DNA of 64,000 nucleotides from an uncultured Dehalococcoidia bacterium (GTDB lineage: Bacteria > Chloroflexota > Dehalococcoidia > Lucifugimonadales > UBA3495): positions 13,212 to 77,211 of the forward strand of contig CAZVRK010000008.1 of the NCBI GenBank assembly GCA_964629875.1, given 5' to 3'. The notes below the pieces were generated by a model. The model was not told the origin of the DNA, ran no database searches, and was given only the letters and a program-made list of their open reading frames with translations. Of the stretch, positions 1-9,630 are shown piece after piece. The position numbers were made by a program, and so were the translations under genes. Numbering within the stretch: position 1 is the first letter of the stretch; each line of letters starts with the position of its first letter.

Positions 1-398
1 GCATCTCTAGACATACCACGGTGAAATCCTGTAGAAGCATCGAATCCAAACACCTCGAAGTCGCCGGGAAACCCTCCAGATCCTACTCCCCAGTAAAACC
101 GCCCTTTCGCTAAATTGTCCAATTGAGCAATACGATGCGCGATCATAAATGGATCATGATTTGGCATACAGGTTACTCCCGTACCAAAAACAATGTTCTT
201 AGTGCGAGATAAGGCAGCCGCAATAAATTGATCTGGAGCGGGAATATTTTCCCAAACAGTGGTGAAATGCTCTCCAATCCAAGCCTCTTTGTATCCTAAT
301 TGGTCGAGACATTCCATTTGATGAAGATCAGATTCCATGGTATCTGCCGGATCTGAACCCGGGGGATGCAGCGGCATTGTGAAATATCCGACTTCCAT
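1..398 (-). CDS. LLM-class (luciferase-like) flavin-dependent oxidoreductase, N-terminal part only; the gene runs off the left edge of the window
   Basis: Absent from the ORF track because there is no stop inside the window. Reverse-strand translation from ATG 398..396 reads MEVGYFTMPLHPPGSDPADTMESDLHQMECLDQLGYKEAWIGEHFTTVWENIP..., a typical luciferase-like monooxygenase N-terminus. Confidence 0.75.
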   Translation of the reverse strand, partial: MEVGYFTMPLHPPGSDPADTMESDLHQMECLDQLGYKEAWIGEHFTTVWENIPAPDQFIAAALSRTKNIVFGTGVTCMPNHDPFMIAHRIAQLDNLAKGRFYWGVGSGGFPGDFEVFGFDASTGFHRGMSRD

Positions 399-537
399 AT
401 GCGCTCCCTTGGCTAGTCATAGTCCAGTATAACTACGGCAAGTATAAGTCATTAGCAGCGCTTCCTCAATCAGACTTGATGTTGCTACCAGATACTCCTA
501 AAATCATTATACGATTTACTAAACAAGGTGGCGTTTG

Positions 538-885
538 ATGCTGTTTGAGATTGAAGTATCCTCGGAACTTAACAGCCCTTTCGAATTTAATAGAGTATTT
601 GATTTATTATCTGATCCTTCACCGGTTAGACAGGTGTACACCTCCAATCTAGTAGGTCAGGACACCTGGTGTGACGTAATTGGATGGGATGAGTCTGGGC
701 CATGCCAAGCATTCGCTGCATTATCAGAAGATTCTGGCGACGGAGTCATACTTTTATTATATGGTGGCCAGGAAGGAATAAGGCTAAAACCTTCTGATTC
801 AACAGACGACTGGGATTTGAGCAATATAAATCAGTGGGGAGAACCCTGCTTGATGTTGGACAAAAACACATCTTATATCGAGTAA
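538..885 (+). CDS. hypothetical protein (about 115 aa)
   Basis: Track ORF 535..885. I prefer ATG 538 because AAGGTGG (525-531) lies 6 nt upstream. No recognisable motif. Convergent with the next gene, with 24 nt between the 3' ends. Confidence 0.5.
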   Translation: MLFEIEVSSELNSPFEFNRVFDLLSDPSPVRQVYTSNLVGQDTWCDVIGWDESGPCQAFAALSEDSGDGVILLLYGGQEGIRLKPSDSTDDWDLSNINQWGEPCLMLDKNTSYIE

Positions 886-909
886 GTACAGCCAGCGAAC
901 GATCGTTTT

Positions 910-2124
910 CTACAGTATTCTCATACGCCTTAGAATAACTTCTTGGATCTTAGAGGCAAAATCCACCAGATTATTACTGTCCGAAAAATCTAACATTTCA
1001 AACGTTTTAATCTGGTCCAATCCTTCAGATGTGTTAGACAAAATACTTTTATCCAGTGCAATACCAATTAAGGCAAGTCGATCCTCATTACTGCTAATCT
1101 GAGCGTGCATAACCTGACTAAACAAATTCCAAGTATACGGACTTCTGTAGGAATTTTCCGAACAGACTAGGATTTTGACATCATAGTTTCCCAAACGACT
1201 CAGGGGTGGAAATGATATATCCTTTACCAATTTATCCTCATCTCCCACCGGCATATACCAACAGTCTACGCCTGATTTGGAGATTTCTGACTGGAGTTCT
1301 GTCATAAACGTCGCATCCCTATAGGAACCCAATATTACTACCCGTACACTATAATCAGCAGCATCCCGTGTACATGCAACCAATTTATCCATCTCAGGCA
1401 AACCGGTTTCTACGAGAAATTTCATCGAAATATTTCCGTGAGATCTAATTAGCGTATTAATCCCAATAGTACTCGAGGAACTATGCCTGGCAGATTCCAG
1501 ATCTAAGGCTCCGCTCAAATCGCTATCACCAATAACAGTCATACCCATACGTACACTCGTAAACAATGTTCCATCTGTACTAACCCTAGTCAGGTTTGCA
1601 CACCTGACATCAGCACCCGACAAATTCGCTAAATCAAGATTAGTCCCCGTGAGTCTGGCATTCATTAGATTAGCACCCGTCATATCCGACTGTTTCATAT
1701 CAGTCAAAGTCAGATCTGCATTACTCAAGTTACAACCGCTAAAATCTGAAGCAGAGGCATCTGCTGATGAAACATCTGCATCTGAGAGATCGCAACCTGT
1801 AAACAAAACACCCTTCAAATTTGCACCAACCAGTGTAGCGCCCTTTAATACTGCCCCTGATAGATTTGACCGCTCTAGTATAGCGTCGTCCAATCTCACT
1901 CCAATAAGATTTGCATATAAAAGCTTGCTATTCCGGAGATCAGATTTGCTGAGGTCAGCGTGACTTAGATCGTCTTTAGATAAGTCTATATTACTGAGAT
2001 CCAGGTCTGACAAGACGGAACTCGACAGATCCAAACGTTTACTTTGGGAAGGTCCGTTTTCACGCCAACGAGATACACTCTGAGCACCTTCCCGAACAAT
2101 TTCTAAGTGCTCCTGATTAGCCAC
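910..2124 (-). CDS. pentapeptide-repeat protein with a C-terminal TIR-like domain
   Basis: Residues about 31-210 are uninterrupted A(D/N)LXX-type repeats (DLSNIDLSKDDLSHADLSKSDLRNSKL...ANLSGADVRCANL). Residues about 258-385 carry TIR-like blocks: YSVRVVILGSYRD, GVDCWYMP, YDVKILVCSENSYRSPYTWNLF, RLALIGIALD. Confidence 0.8.
   Translation of the reverse strand: MANQEHLEIVREGAQSVSRWRENGPSQSKRLDLSSSVLSDLDLSNIDLSKDDLSHADLSKSDLRNSKLLYANLIGVRLDDAILERSNLSGAVLKGATLVGANLKGVLFTGCDLSDADVSSADASASDFSGCNLSNADLTLTDMKQSDMTGANLMNARLTGTNLDLANLSGADVRCANLTRVSTDGTLFTSVRMGMTVIGDSDLSGALDLESARHSSSSTIGINTLIRSHGNISMKFLVETGLPEMDKLVACTRDAADYSVRVVILGSYRDATFMTELQSEISKSGVDCWYMPVGDEDKLVKDISFPPLSRLGNYDVKILVCSENSYRSPYTWNLFSQVMHAQISSNEDRLALIGIALDKSILSNTSEGLDQIKTFEMLDFSDSNNLVDFASKIQEVILRRMRIL
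1495..2034 (-). repeat. pentapeptide-repeat coding tract (about 35 consecutive 5-residue units)
   Basis: 5-residue periodicity with a central L/F/M and flanking D/N/S/G is visible throughout residues 31-210 of the 404-aa ORF. Confidence 0.8.
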
Positions 2125-2214
2125 ACATATCTCCTTACTGCATTTAGAAACACCCTCCCGATTGCGATCAATTGGAGAGGGTGTTCGATTACCAGATATC
2201 GTCCGACGGTCTTA

Positions 2215-3390
2215 CTAATCATTCGCAGGAACAGTCAATGAGTCGATCTCAGCACCAGAAAACAATGGCATTACATCCTCTGCAAAAATGCTAAGTTGTT
2301 CTTTGAATTCTGCCCAAGGCATGCCTTCTGGCCACTGGAACACTACATCTTCTAATCCAGGGTATTTCTCCTCTATGCCTTTCAGGTAAGAGACAAATTC
2401 TTCTGATGAACCACAGAACCACGCCTTTTGTTCGACGCCATCTTCAACACGTGGAGTCCTGGCAGGAGCTCCGGGAGTGCCCCAAGGTCTGCCTTCCTCA
2501 TCCGTATAACGTACATATCCAAATGGAGCAAACCACTTATATCGTTCGTCATGATACGGTCGAACTTTCTCCATAGCCTCAGCTTTATTATCAGCAATGT
2601 AAAAACCCACCCCAAATGCGATATTTTCCCCTAGAGCTACGTCCTTACCTGCGTTTTTATATGCCAACTGGTAATTACTAATCATTTCATCAGCCATTAC
2701 CTCTCCAGTCAAAGCAACCATTCCCTTTATCCCATGTTGAGCCATAAATTCAATAGATCTACCACTTGTAATGGGCTGCCATATCTCTACCGGCAGATTC
2801 ACTGGCCTAGGCACTAATGTCACGTCAGTCATTTCGTACCCTCTGTATGGTACCTCAGCAGGTATAGTGTGTTTAGGCCCTTTATGGCTAAAAGAATCTT
2901 CATTGAAGGCCTTCAAGATGATTTCCATGTTTTCTTCAAAAACTGCCCGATTTGCGTCTTGGTCAATCAATGGAGCCCCCATGGTTTCTACTTCTCGTGA
3001 TTGATAGCCACGACCAACACCGAATATCAACCTGCCCCTGGTCATCACGTCTGCCATAGCAAAATCTTCCGCCAACCGTATCGGATGCCACATAGGTACA
3101 ATATTGAATCCCGCGCCAAACTTTAACCTCTTGGTAATGCCGGCTAGATGAACACCTAAAAGGGTTAGGTTTGGAAATACTTCGTAACCCTCACGTTGGA
3201 AATGATGTTCCGCTGCCCAGAGACAGTAGAAACCCAAATCATCCATGTGTTTCGCCAATTCTTCGGCATGATAATAAGGCTCTATTAAGGTCTCATTTGG
3301 ATAACGCCGATCATTTGCTGGCGTGGCATCTGCTCCTACGTCTTCAAAATCGATTTGCCCTACATACAACACTGAAAACCGTTTAATCAT
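2215..3390 (-). CDS. LLM-class flavin-dependent oxidoreductase (luciferase-like monooxygenase)
   Basis: 391 aa. Contains ...LGFYCLWAAEHHFQREGYEVFPN...FGAGFNIVPMWHPIRLAEDFAMADVMTRGRLIFGVGRGY..., the hallmark TIM-barrel LLM blocks. Confidence 0.9.
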   Translation of the reverse strand: MIKRFSVLYVGQIDFEDVGADATPANDRRYPNETLIEPYYHAEELAKHMDDLGFYCLWAAEHHFQREGYEVFPNLTLLGVHLAGITKRLKFGAGFNIVPMWHPIRLAEDFAMADVMTRGRLIFGVGRGYQSREVETMGAPLIDQDANRAVFEENMEIILKAFNEDSFSHKGPKHTIPAEVPYRGYEMTDVTLVPRPVNLPVEIWQPITSGRSIEFMAQHGIKGMVALTGEVMADEMISNYQLAYKNAGKDVALGENIAFGVGFYIADNKAEAMEKVRPYHDERYKWFAPFGYVRYTDEEGRPWGTPGAPARTPRVEDGVEQKAWFCGSSEEFVSYLKGIEEKYPGLEDVVFQWPEGMPWAEFKEQLSIFAEDVMPLFSGAEIDSLTVPAND

Positions 3391-3497
3391 AGCAACTATT
3401 ACCTCATTGGATAGATAAATATATAGAAGATGATTTATTATATCAGCGGCCTATATGATTGAAAATGTCATGTGGAGAGTGTGATAAGGAGTTAATC

Positions 3498-4274
3498 ATG
3501 GACCTAGGATTAGAGGGAAGGATAGCAATGGTAACCGGAGGCAGCCATGGTCTGGGATATCAGATCGCTTCGTGCCTGGCCAGAGAAGGTTGTAAAGTGT
3601 CGCTCTGCGCTAGAGATAAAAGACGAGTAGATGAAGTTGTCTCTGAGATACAAAGCCAAGGGTTCACAGCCCGTGGCAGTCAGGCAGATGTAACGAATGA
3701 AGCCGATTTACAGCTATTTTATAACGAAACATTGGACCAGCTCGGCCATCCTGACATCCTAGTAAACAATGTCGGTGGCAGACGGGGTTCAGTAAACTTC
3801 GCAGATACAAGCATGGATCAATTCATAGCAGGCCTAGACCTGAACCTTATCAGTGCTGTCCGACTCACAAAACTAGTCATTGATCATATGAAATCTCAGG
3901 AATGGGGAAGAATAATAAACATTGCCTCTATATCGGGTAGAGAACACGGAGGCTCCATTGATTATATGACCGCGAAAGCCGCTCTAATCGCCTTTTCTAA
4001 ACACCTTGCCTTGCAATCCGCTCAATACAATGTGCTGGTGAACTGTGTTGCACCCGGGTCCATAGATTTCCCAGGGAGCACCTGGGACCGATACCAAAGG
4101 ATAGAGCCACCTGATGTAGTAGCAGAATTCATTGATCGGAACTTGCCGATGGGAAAATTTGGCTGGCCTGAACCAATAGGTGAGACAGTAGCCTTCCTAG
4201 CATCAGAAAAAGCCGATTTGATTACCGGAGCGTGTCTCAACGTAGACGGAGGGCAATCACATTCATTAATATGA
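3498..4274 (+). CDS. SDR-family oxidoreductase
   Basis: Has TGGSHGLG (the TGxxxGxG Rossmann motif), NNVG, and the S...YxxxK catalytic pattern (SISG...YMTAKAA). Start moved to ATG 3498 (AAGGAG 6 nt upstream) from the track start at 3459. Confidence 0.9.
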   Translation: MDLGLEGRIAMVTGGSHGLGYQIASCLAREGCKVSLCARDKRRVDEVVSEIQSQGFTARGSQADVTNEADLQLFYNETLDQLGHPDILVNNVGGRRGSVNFADTSMDQFIAGLDLNLISAVRLTKLVIDHMKSQEWGRIINIASISGREHGGSIDYMTAKAALIAFSKHLALQSAQYNVLVNCVAPGSIDFPGSTWDRYQRIEPPDVVAEFIDRNLPMGKFGWPEPIGETVAFLASEKADLITGACLNVDGGQSHSLI

Positions 4275-4283
4275 TCCTACAAC

Positions 4284-5090
4284 CTAATGAGAAAGATTGC
4301 CCAAAAATTCTCGCCATACTGAAACGCATGCCGCCGGATCTGAGTGCTGGATATAACCAGAGCCACCTGCTATCTCCGCCAGACGTCCGTTATTCAGCAA
4401 TTCTGCCATAACTTTCCCTCGATCTATGGTGTTCATCGCACTCTCTTTACCAACCACGACTAAAGTCGGAGTTTGGATAAGCGGCAATACATTCGTCAGA
4501 TCCACTGTGGACAGATATTCTAAAGTTTCAACCACAACATGTTGCGATGTCTGGCTCATTTGCTCCGAATACCACTTATGATGTTCAGGATTAGACTTAC
4601 CAGGTTCCAACCTATTGTCGGCAGTTTTAGTTATCCAGCTTGCGACGCCTTCTTCCTTCACTAATTTGTGGTATTCAAGATACGTAGGCACACCTGTGAA
4701 TTTGTATGGAGAAGTGCAGGTAGTCAATGATAACAATCGTTCAGAATGTTCGTAAGCAAATTGGAGACCGATTGTACCTCCGATAGTTTCACCAACAAAA
4801 TGAACTTGCTCGAGGTTCAGCATATCTAATAGAGCCAACAGATCATTAGAGAAACCACTCAAACTCCAGTTATACCCGGGTTCTGGGACAGTAGATTTGC
4901 CAAATCCTCTAGCATCCACTCGGATGACACGATAATGCCTTGCCAGCAGTGGAACCCACTCGTACCATAAAGCGGAGTTTTTGGCATTACCATGGTGAAG
5001 AACTACAGTCTCCGGAGTCCGCCATGGATCTGCGTAACAATCATCTTCATAATACATTTGTAGATTATCCGGCAGATTAGCGAAAGGCAT
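4284..5090 (-). CDS. alpha/beta-fold hydrolase family protein
   Basis: 268 aa. Shows an HHGN oxyanion-type block, a nucleophile elbow HFVGETIGG (Thr where Ser is expected) and a C-terminal GSGYIQHSDP His block. Confidence 0.8.
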   Translation of the reverse strand: MPFANLPDNLQMYYEDDCYADPWRTPETVVLHHGNAKNSALWYEWVPLLARHYRVIRVDARGFGKSTVPEPGYNWSLSGFSNDLLALLDMLNLEQVHFVGETIGGTIGLQFAYEHSERLLSLTTCTSPYKFTGVPTYLEYHKLVKEEGVASWITKTADNRLEPGKSNPEHHKWYSEQMSQTSQHVVVETLEYLSTVDLTNVLPLIQTPTLVVVGKESAMNTIDRGKVMAELLNNGRLAEIAGGSGYIQHSDPAACVSVWREFLGNLSH

Positions 5091-5158
5091 ATTAACACTC
5101 CTCTATAAAACCAATGGAACAATTAGAATAAACTCCACATACGATTAGATTTACTAGC

Positions 5159-6487
5159 CTAAACATTTGACGATCGGACCGCTTCTAGCCTGCTGGGTAG
5201 TTTTGGTCGGCGCATTAAAACGTAGAATACTCCTGATACCAAGGCGCTGGCAAAAGATACCCATATAATCATAAGATAACTGTCGTATTTATCGAACCAC
5301 CATCCAGCAGCCCATGGTAATCCTACTAAAGCCCAACTATGACTTAGATTGATTATCCCGCGCAGTGTAGCAAAGTAATTTCTTCCAAAATAATCTCCTA
5401 TAGCACCCCAGTTGATCGGAGTTATACCTTCTGCAAGCCCTCCCAAAAATGCCGCGAGAAGGAACATCCATAAAGATGCACCGTATATCAAAACAAGCAT
5501 AGAAACTGCGTAAAGTACCATACCCCCACCGAGTGACACTTGTTTTGGAACTCTATCTCCAATGAATCCAAAGAATAACTTGGACGGCACATTCATACCT
5601 AACCAAAATGCAAATATTAGGCTGGCCGTAGCTACATCCAAACCTTTCCAATGCAGGATAGCCACTATATGGACCTGGATTGGAGCCTTTGCAATTTGTC
5701 TAAACATAGTACCAATCAACAAGAACCAATAAGTCGGTGTTAATAACGCTTCTCTCAGCATAAAATCAGGGCTGTCATAATAACTGAGAGTACGGCTTTC
5801 GCTATTACTCAGTCCCTCTGACTGAGCATTTCTAATTTTGTTTAACTCTTCAGGATCCGCACCATCTGGAAGTAAACCAACGCTTTCCGGAGAACTCTTA
5901 ACAAAAGCCGAAAGAGGTAATATAACAAAAAAGTAAGACGCAGCCGCTAGCGCAGCAGCCCATCGCCAACTAAAATATGCAATTAGCAATCCAATCAAAG
6001 GTATCAGCAGCATTGATCCAAGATTTCCCGACGCTTCCTGTATGGCCAAGGCTCTGACTCGGTATTTGCTAAACCACATGTTCACAGTGGCGGCAATAGC
6101 GTGCTGAAATCCCATCGTCGCCCCAACTGCGATAAACACTAAATAAGCGACAGCGAACATCCAAACATTGGGAGCCAGGGCAAATATTACAAAGCCAATA
6201 CCGGCCAGAACAGTTCCCAGAATCATCATTTTCTTGGAACCAAATCTATCCACTAAATAACCAACTATTGGACCTTCTACTGCACCTTCAGATCTAGCCA
6301 ATGAAAATATCAATGAAGAGGTAGCTCTACTCAACCCGAGACTATTTTCCACAGGGAGAAGAAACAGTGCACTCCCCTTAGAGAAAAAAGCATTGTTTAA
6401 CGACCCCATAAAGCTGATTAGAGCAAGGAGTTTCCATCCATAGAATATCTTGGATGAAGATTTGGACGAACTATTTGAGATATCCAT
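5159..6487 (-). CDS. MFS transporter
   Basis: About 12 hydrophobic spans; N-terminus ...KIFYGWKLL... and a D-R-x-G-S/R-K loop (LVDRFGSKK). Start moved to ATG 6487 (AAGGG 5 nt upstream) from the track start at 6562. Confidence 0.85.
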   Translation of the reverse strand: MDISNSSSKSSSKIFYGWKLLALISFMGSLNNAFFSKGSALFLLPVENSLGLSRATSSLIFSLARSEGAVEGPIVGYLVDRFGSKKMMILGTVLAGIGFVIFALAPNVWMFAVAYLVFIAVGATMGFQHAIAATVNMWFSKYRVRALAIQEASGNLGSMLLIPLIGLLIAYFSWRWAAALAAASYFFVILPLSAFVKSSPESVGLLPDGADPEELNKIRNAQSEGLSNSESRTLSYYDSPDFMLREALLTPTYWFLLIGTMFRQIAKAPIQVHIVAILHWKGLDVATASLIFAFWLGMNVPSKLFFGFIGDRVPKQVSLGGGMVLYAVSMLVLIYGASLWMFLLAAFLGGLAEGITPINWGAIGDYFGRNYFATLRGIINLSHSWALVGLPWAAGWWFDKYDSYLMIIWVSFASALVSGVFYVLMRRPKLPSRLEAVRSSNV

Positions 6488-6634
6488 GTACACCCTTATG
6501 GATCGTGCTGTCCTATTGATGCGCAGAGGATTATAGCACAGCAACCCTTTGAAACATTCCAAACCACTATCCTAACAAGTAATACATGGATTACAAATCA
6601 AATAGGAATAAACCCTGTTAGTGTGACTGTTGTG

Positions 6635-6985
6635 CTAATCAGTTAAAGGTATAGCTATTGATACTCGTTCTATCGAGCCCACTGCTTTTGTCGTATGCCC
6701 TCTGCCAGTTAGGTCATCTGCCAGTAAGACATCGCCTGCATTGAAAATATGAACCGTGCCATCCCCTAGTCCTATTTCAGCTTGACCTTGAAGTGTAATC
6801 ACATACTGGCGCCTAGGAGCCACGTGGAAATCTTGAAAATTACCACTCGCTACGCGCCGGAATTGAATGCCCGAAGCTCCCTCCATGGCAGTACGTTCAG
6901 CATCTGCAATCTTTTCATACGGAAGTTCTAATTCTTCAAGATGAGATTCACCATCTTCCCCAGTATAAACCCTTATAACCTGCAT
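6635..6985 (-). CDS. cupin-domain protein
   Basis: 116 aa. The small beta-barrel-like sequence with blocks ...FHVAPRRQYVITLQGQAEIGLGDG...GDVLLADD..GHTT resembles single-domain cupins. Confidence 0.6.
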   Translation of the reverse strand: MQVIRVYTGEDGESHLEELELPYEKIADAERTAMEGASGIQFRRVASGNFQDFHVAPRRQYVITLQGQAEIGLGDGTVHIFNAGDVLLADDLTGRGHTTKAVGSIERVSIAIPLTD

Positions 6986-7053
6986 AACCTGTGCTCCCTC
7001 TAAAAATTTTATAGCGCAAAAAATAGTACCATATCGAATAGCTCAGCTTACAC

Positions 7054-7734
7054 CTAATTTTCAACTTGATGTATGTATGATGACCCACTTCTGCATATAT
7101 CTACCAGACAACACTCAACACACTTAGGGTTTGTCTTCGTACAGTGAACTTTAGCATGCTGAACTAGTAACGCATGATATTCATTAAACAATTTAATATT
7201 TGCAGGAATACTTTCATGAAGAAACTTCTGCCATGCATCATAATCTGCCCGTGGTGACTCTGGTGTAATACCAATCCTAGTAAAAATTCTTATGGTATAA
7301 GCATCGATTATAAAGAACGGGTATCCGGCTGCATAAACCATAATGTCATCGGCTGTCTCTGGCCCTATACCATGCAGTGACAACAATTCTTTCCTCACAA
7401 ACTCAGGGGATTGTCTCAAGAATAAATCTATTCTTCCTGAATAATTACTTACTACATACTCAGCGAAAGCCTTCAACGTTTTGGTTTTCGAATTGTAATA
7501 TCCGCTCGGCCTAATCAAGAGCGATAATTCCTCGAATGATATATCACTCAGAGAATCAACGTCGATGCATGTAGCGTCTTGCATATTGTGGATAGCCAAT
7601 TCAACGTTTTTCCATGAGACAGCCTGGGTTAAAATCGCTCCAACTACCACATCAAACTGACTATCTCCTGGCCACCATGATTGGTCTCCATACTTCTGAT
7701 GCAAACGTTCATACATCTCTATTGGTAAAGACAT
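7054..7734 (-). CDS. endonuclease III-related HhH-GPD base-excision repair protein
   Basis: Helix-hairpin-helix LLSLHGIGPETADDIMVYA followed by a C-terminal Cys cluster (CTKTNPKCVECCLVDIC) typical of the Nth/MutY superfamily [4Fe-4S] loop. Confidence 0.8.
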   Translation of the reverse strand: MSLPIEMYERLHQKYGDQSWWPGDSQFDVVVGAILTQAVSWKNVELAIHNMQDATCIDVDSLSDISFEELSLLIRPSGYYNSKTKTLKAFAEYVVSNYSGRIDLFLRQSPEFVRKELLSLHGIGPETADDIMVYAAGYPFFIIDAYTIRIFTRIGITPESPRADYDAWQKFLHESIPANIKLFNEYHALLVQHAKVHCTKTNPKCVECCLVDICRSGSSYIHQVEN

Positions 7735-7773
7735 GCACTCTCCGCTACAAAACCTTAATTAGCTGAGCATCAA

Positions 7774-8466
7774 TCAAAGTTTTACTAATGGGATTCTCTT
7801 TGTTATTTCTATATCACTTAATGAGACTCGGCAAGAATAAGCATAAACTTCTACCCCATATTGCATAGCATCTCTTAGGGCATAGTAAAAATCAGGATCT
7901 GATTCTTCTTGGATTCTGCACTTATCAACATCTTCACGCTGAACAATGAAAACAACAGCAGATCTATATCCTTCCTGTTTCGCACGGATCAGCCCATTGA
8001 CATGTTTAGTACCTCGGCTAGTCGGAGCATCGGGAAACAATGCTACTCTATCTTCCACAAGTGTGACCGATTTAGTTTCGATAAAGCACTGAGATTCCTT
8101 ATTTTTCAAAAACAAGTCGAACCTACTATCTTCGTATGAAACTTCGCGCCTAATATCAATATATCCGGTGAAATCCTGTATAAGTTCACCCTGTATTGCC
8201 TCTTCCAACAAGAAATTAGGCAATCTAGAATCAGCTGAGCATAGATCTGTCTCCATCTGCACCAATGTTAAGTCAAAGGCCGTCTTCCTATGACTAGAAT
8301 CCACAGGAGCAAGCCACATAGTGTACTCTGGAATCAAAAGCTCGCCCAATCGACCTGAGTTAGCAACATGAACCATCATCTCATTCCCGTTTACATCCAT
8401 CAGGGCTGCAAACCGATTAAGTCTTCGGATAAAAGTCCCAGATATTAGGTTCTTAGGCAAGTCCAT
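7774..8466 (-). CDS. sfsA: DNA/RNA nuclease SfsA (sugar fermentation stimulation protein homolog)
   Basis: The N-terminal ...GTFIRRLNRFAALMDVNG...VHVANSGRL and the later blocks match SfsA. The track start at 8481 is TTG; ATG 8466 gives an SfsA-like N-terminus. Confidence 0.8.
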   Translation of the reverse strand: MDLPKNLISGTFIRRLNRFAALMDVNGNEMMVHVANSGRLGELLIPEYTMWLAPVDSSHRKTAFDLTLVQMETDLCSADSRLPNFLLEEAIQGELIQDFTGYIDIRREVSYEDSRFDLFLKNKESQCFIETKSVTLVEDRVALFPDAPTSRGTKHVNGLIRAKQEGYRSAVVFIVQREDVDKCRIQEESDPDFYYALRDAMQYGVEVYAYSCRVSLSDIEITKRIPLVKL

Positions 8467-8571
8467 GTTTATCAAGCCCAATAGATTGCAAAATTGTTGG
8501 CTATTAGTCGTAGCATATATAATGTAGATATCTTTTTAAACCCATCATATTTACAGGTAAGGTTAACACTT

Positions 8572-9405
8572 TTGGAAACATTCTCAGAAAAGCTAACCAA
8601 CTCAGCGAACTCAGCTAAAAGTCTAGTATGCATTGGGCTGGATCCTGATTTGACTAAGATGCCTATAAGCAATGTGTTCACGTTCAACCAGTCCATAATA
8701 GACTCTACGGCTGACTTAGTATGCGCATACAAGCCGAATTTTGCATTTTATGAATCCCTTGGACTTGACGGATTGGTAGCCTTAGAGAGAACTGTAAAAT
8801 ATATCAGAGACCAATTAGCGCATGTAATTGTAATAGGGGATTGTAAGCGCGGTGACATCGGAACATCTAGTGAAGCATATGCCACGGCCATGTTCCAGGT
8901 TTGGGGATTTGACGCAGTCACCATAAATGCATGGGGAGGAAAAGACACGGTTGAAGCATTCGTAGCGGATGAACGGTACGGCGCATTTATTTGGTGTAGA
9001 GGCTCAAATCCAGGCTCAAGCGACTTACAAGACCTCATAGTTCAAACTGACGGCGTAAACAAACCGTTATACGAACATTTAGCTACCAAATCCACAGATT
9101 GGGGGCACGGCAATTTGGGCCTTGTAGTCGGAGCGACTGTACCTGAACAATTACGCGTAGTCAGGGAACTATGCCCCACTTCTCCCATCTTAATTCCGGG
9201 TATTGGAGCTCAAGGAGGAGAACTTAAGGCGTCCGTATTATACGGAGTCGACGCACATGGCAGGTCCGCGATTATCAGTTCTTCCCGAGGCATATTATAC
9301 GCCAGTTCTGGAAAAGACTATCCAAAAGTCGCCCGCGAAAGGACCTTCGAGCTAAAATCCGAAATTAACGACATTTTAGCGGAAGCAGGCAAGGGATGGC
9401 CTTAA
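8572..9405 (+). CDS. pyrF: orotidine-5'-phosphate decarboxylase (long, type-2 form)
   Basis: ...SLVCIGLDPD..., ...IGDCKRGDIG..., ...GIGAQGG... are PyrF active-site blocks. Start is uncertain: the track uses TTG 8494; TTG 8572 (METFSEKL..., GGTAAGG 9 nt upstream) gives the usual distance to the GLDP motif. Confidence 0.85.
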   Translation: METFSEKLTNSANSAKSLVCIGLDPDLTKMPISNVFTFNQSIIDSTADLVCAYKPNFAFYESLGLDGLVALERTVKYIRDQLAHVIVIGDCKRGDIGTSSEAYATAMFQVWGFDAVTINAWGGKDTVEAFVADERYGAFIWCRGSNPGSSDLQDLIVQTDGVNKPLYEHLATKSTDWGHGNLGLVVGATVPEQLRVVRELCPTSPILIPGIGAQGGELKASVLYGVDAHGRSAIISSSRGILYASSGKDYPKVARERTFELKSEINDILAEAGKGWP

Positions 9406-9602
9406 TACTAGAGATTGGGTCAACAATCCGACTTAAAAAACCCCATCCTTGTGGAAGTTATGATTGGACAGTGACCAGATTAGGAACAGACATAGGATTA
9501 TTGTGCATTGATTGTAAAAGAAGGATTATGATATCCCGTAGCCAATTGGGCCGCCGTTTAAAAGAGATAGTGTCAAATGGCGAAAATGGGATCGCACACT
9601 AG
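9396..9602 (+). CDS. DUF951-family small protein
   Basis: 68 aa. ...RLKKPHPCGSYDWTVTRLGTDIGLLCIDCKRRIM... matches the conserved DUF951 pattern (HPCG...W...R.G.D....C..C). Overlaps the pyrF 3' end by 10 nt. Confidence 0.7.
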   Translation: MALILEIGSTIRLKKPHPCGSYDWTVTRLGTDIGLLCIDCKRRIMISRSQLGRRLKEIVSNGENGIAH

Positions 9603-9630
9603 ACTGGATATTACTCAATTAAAGAACCAT

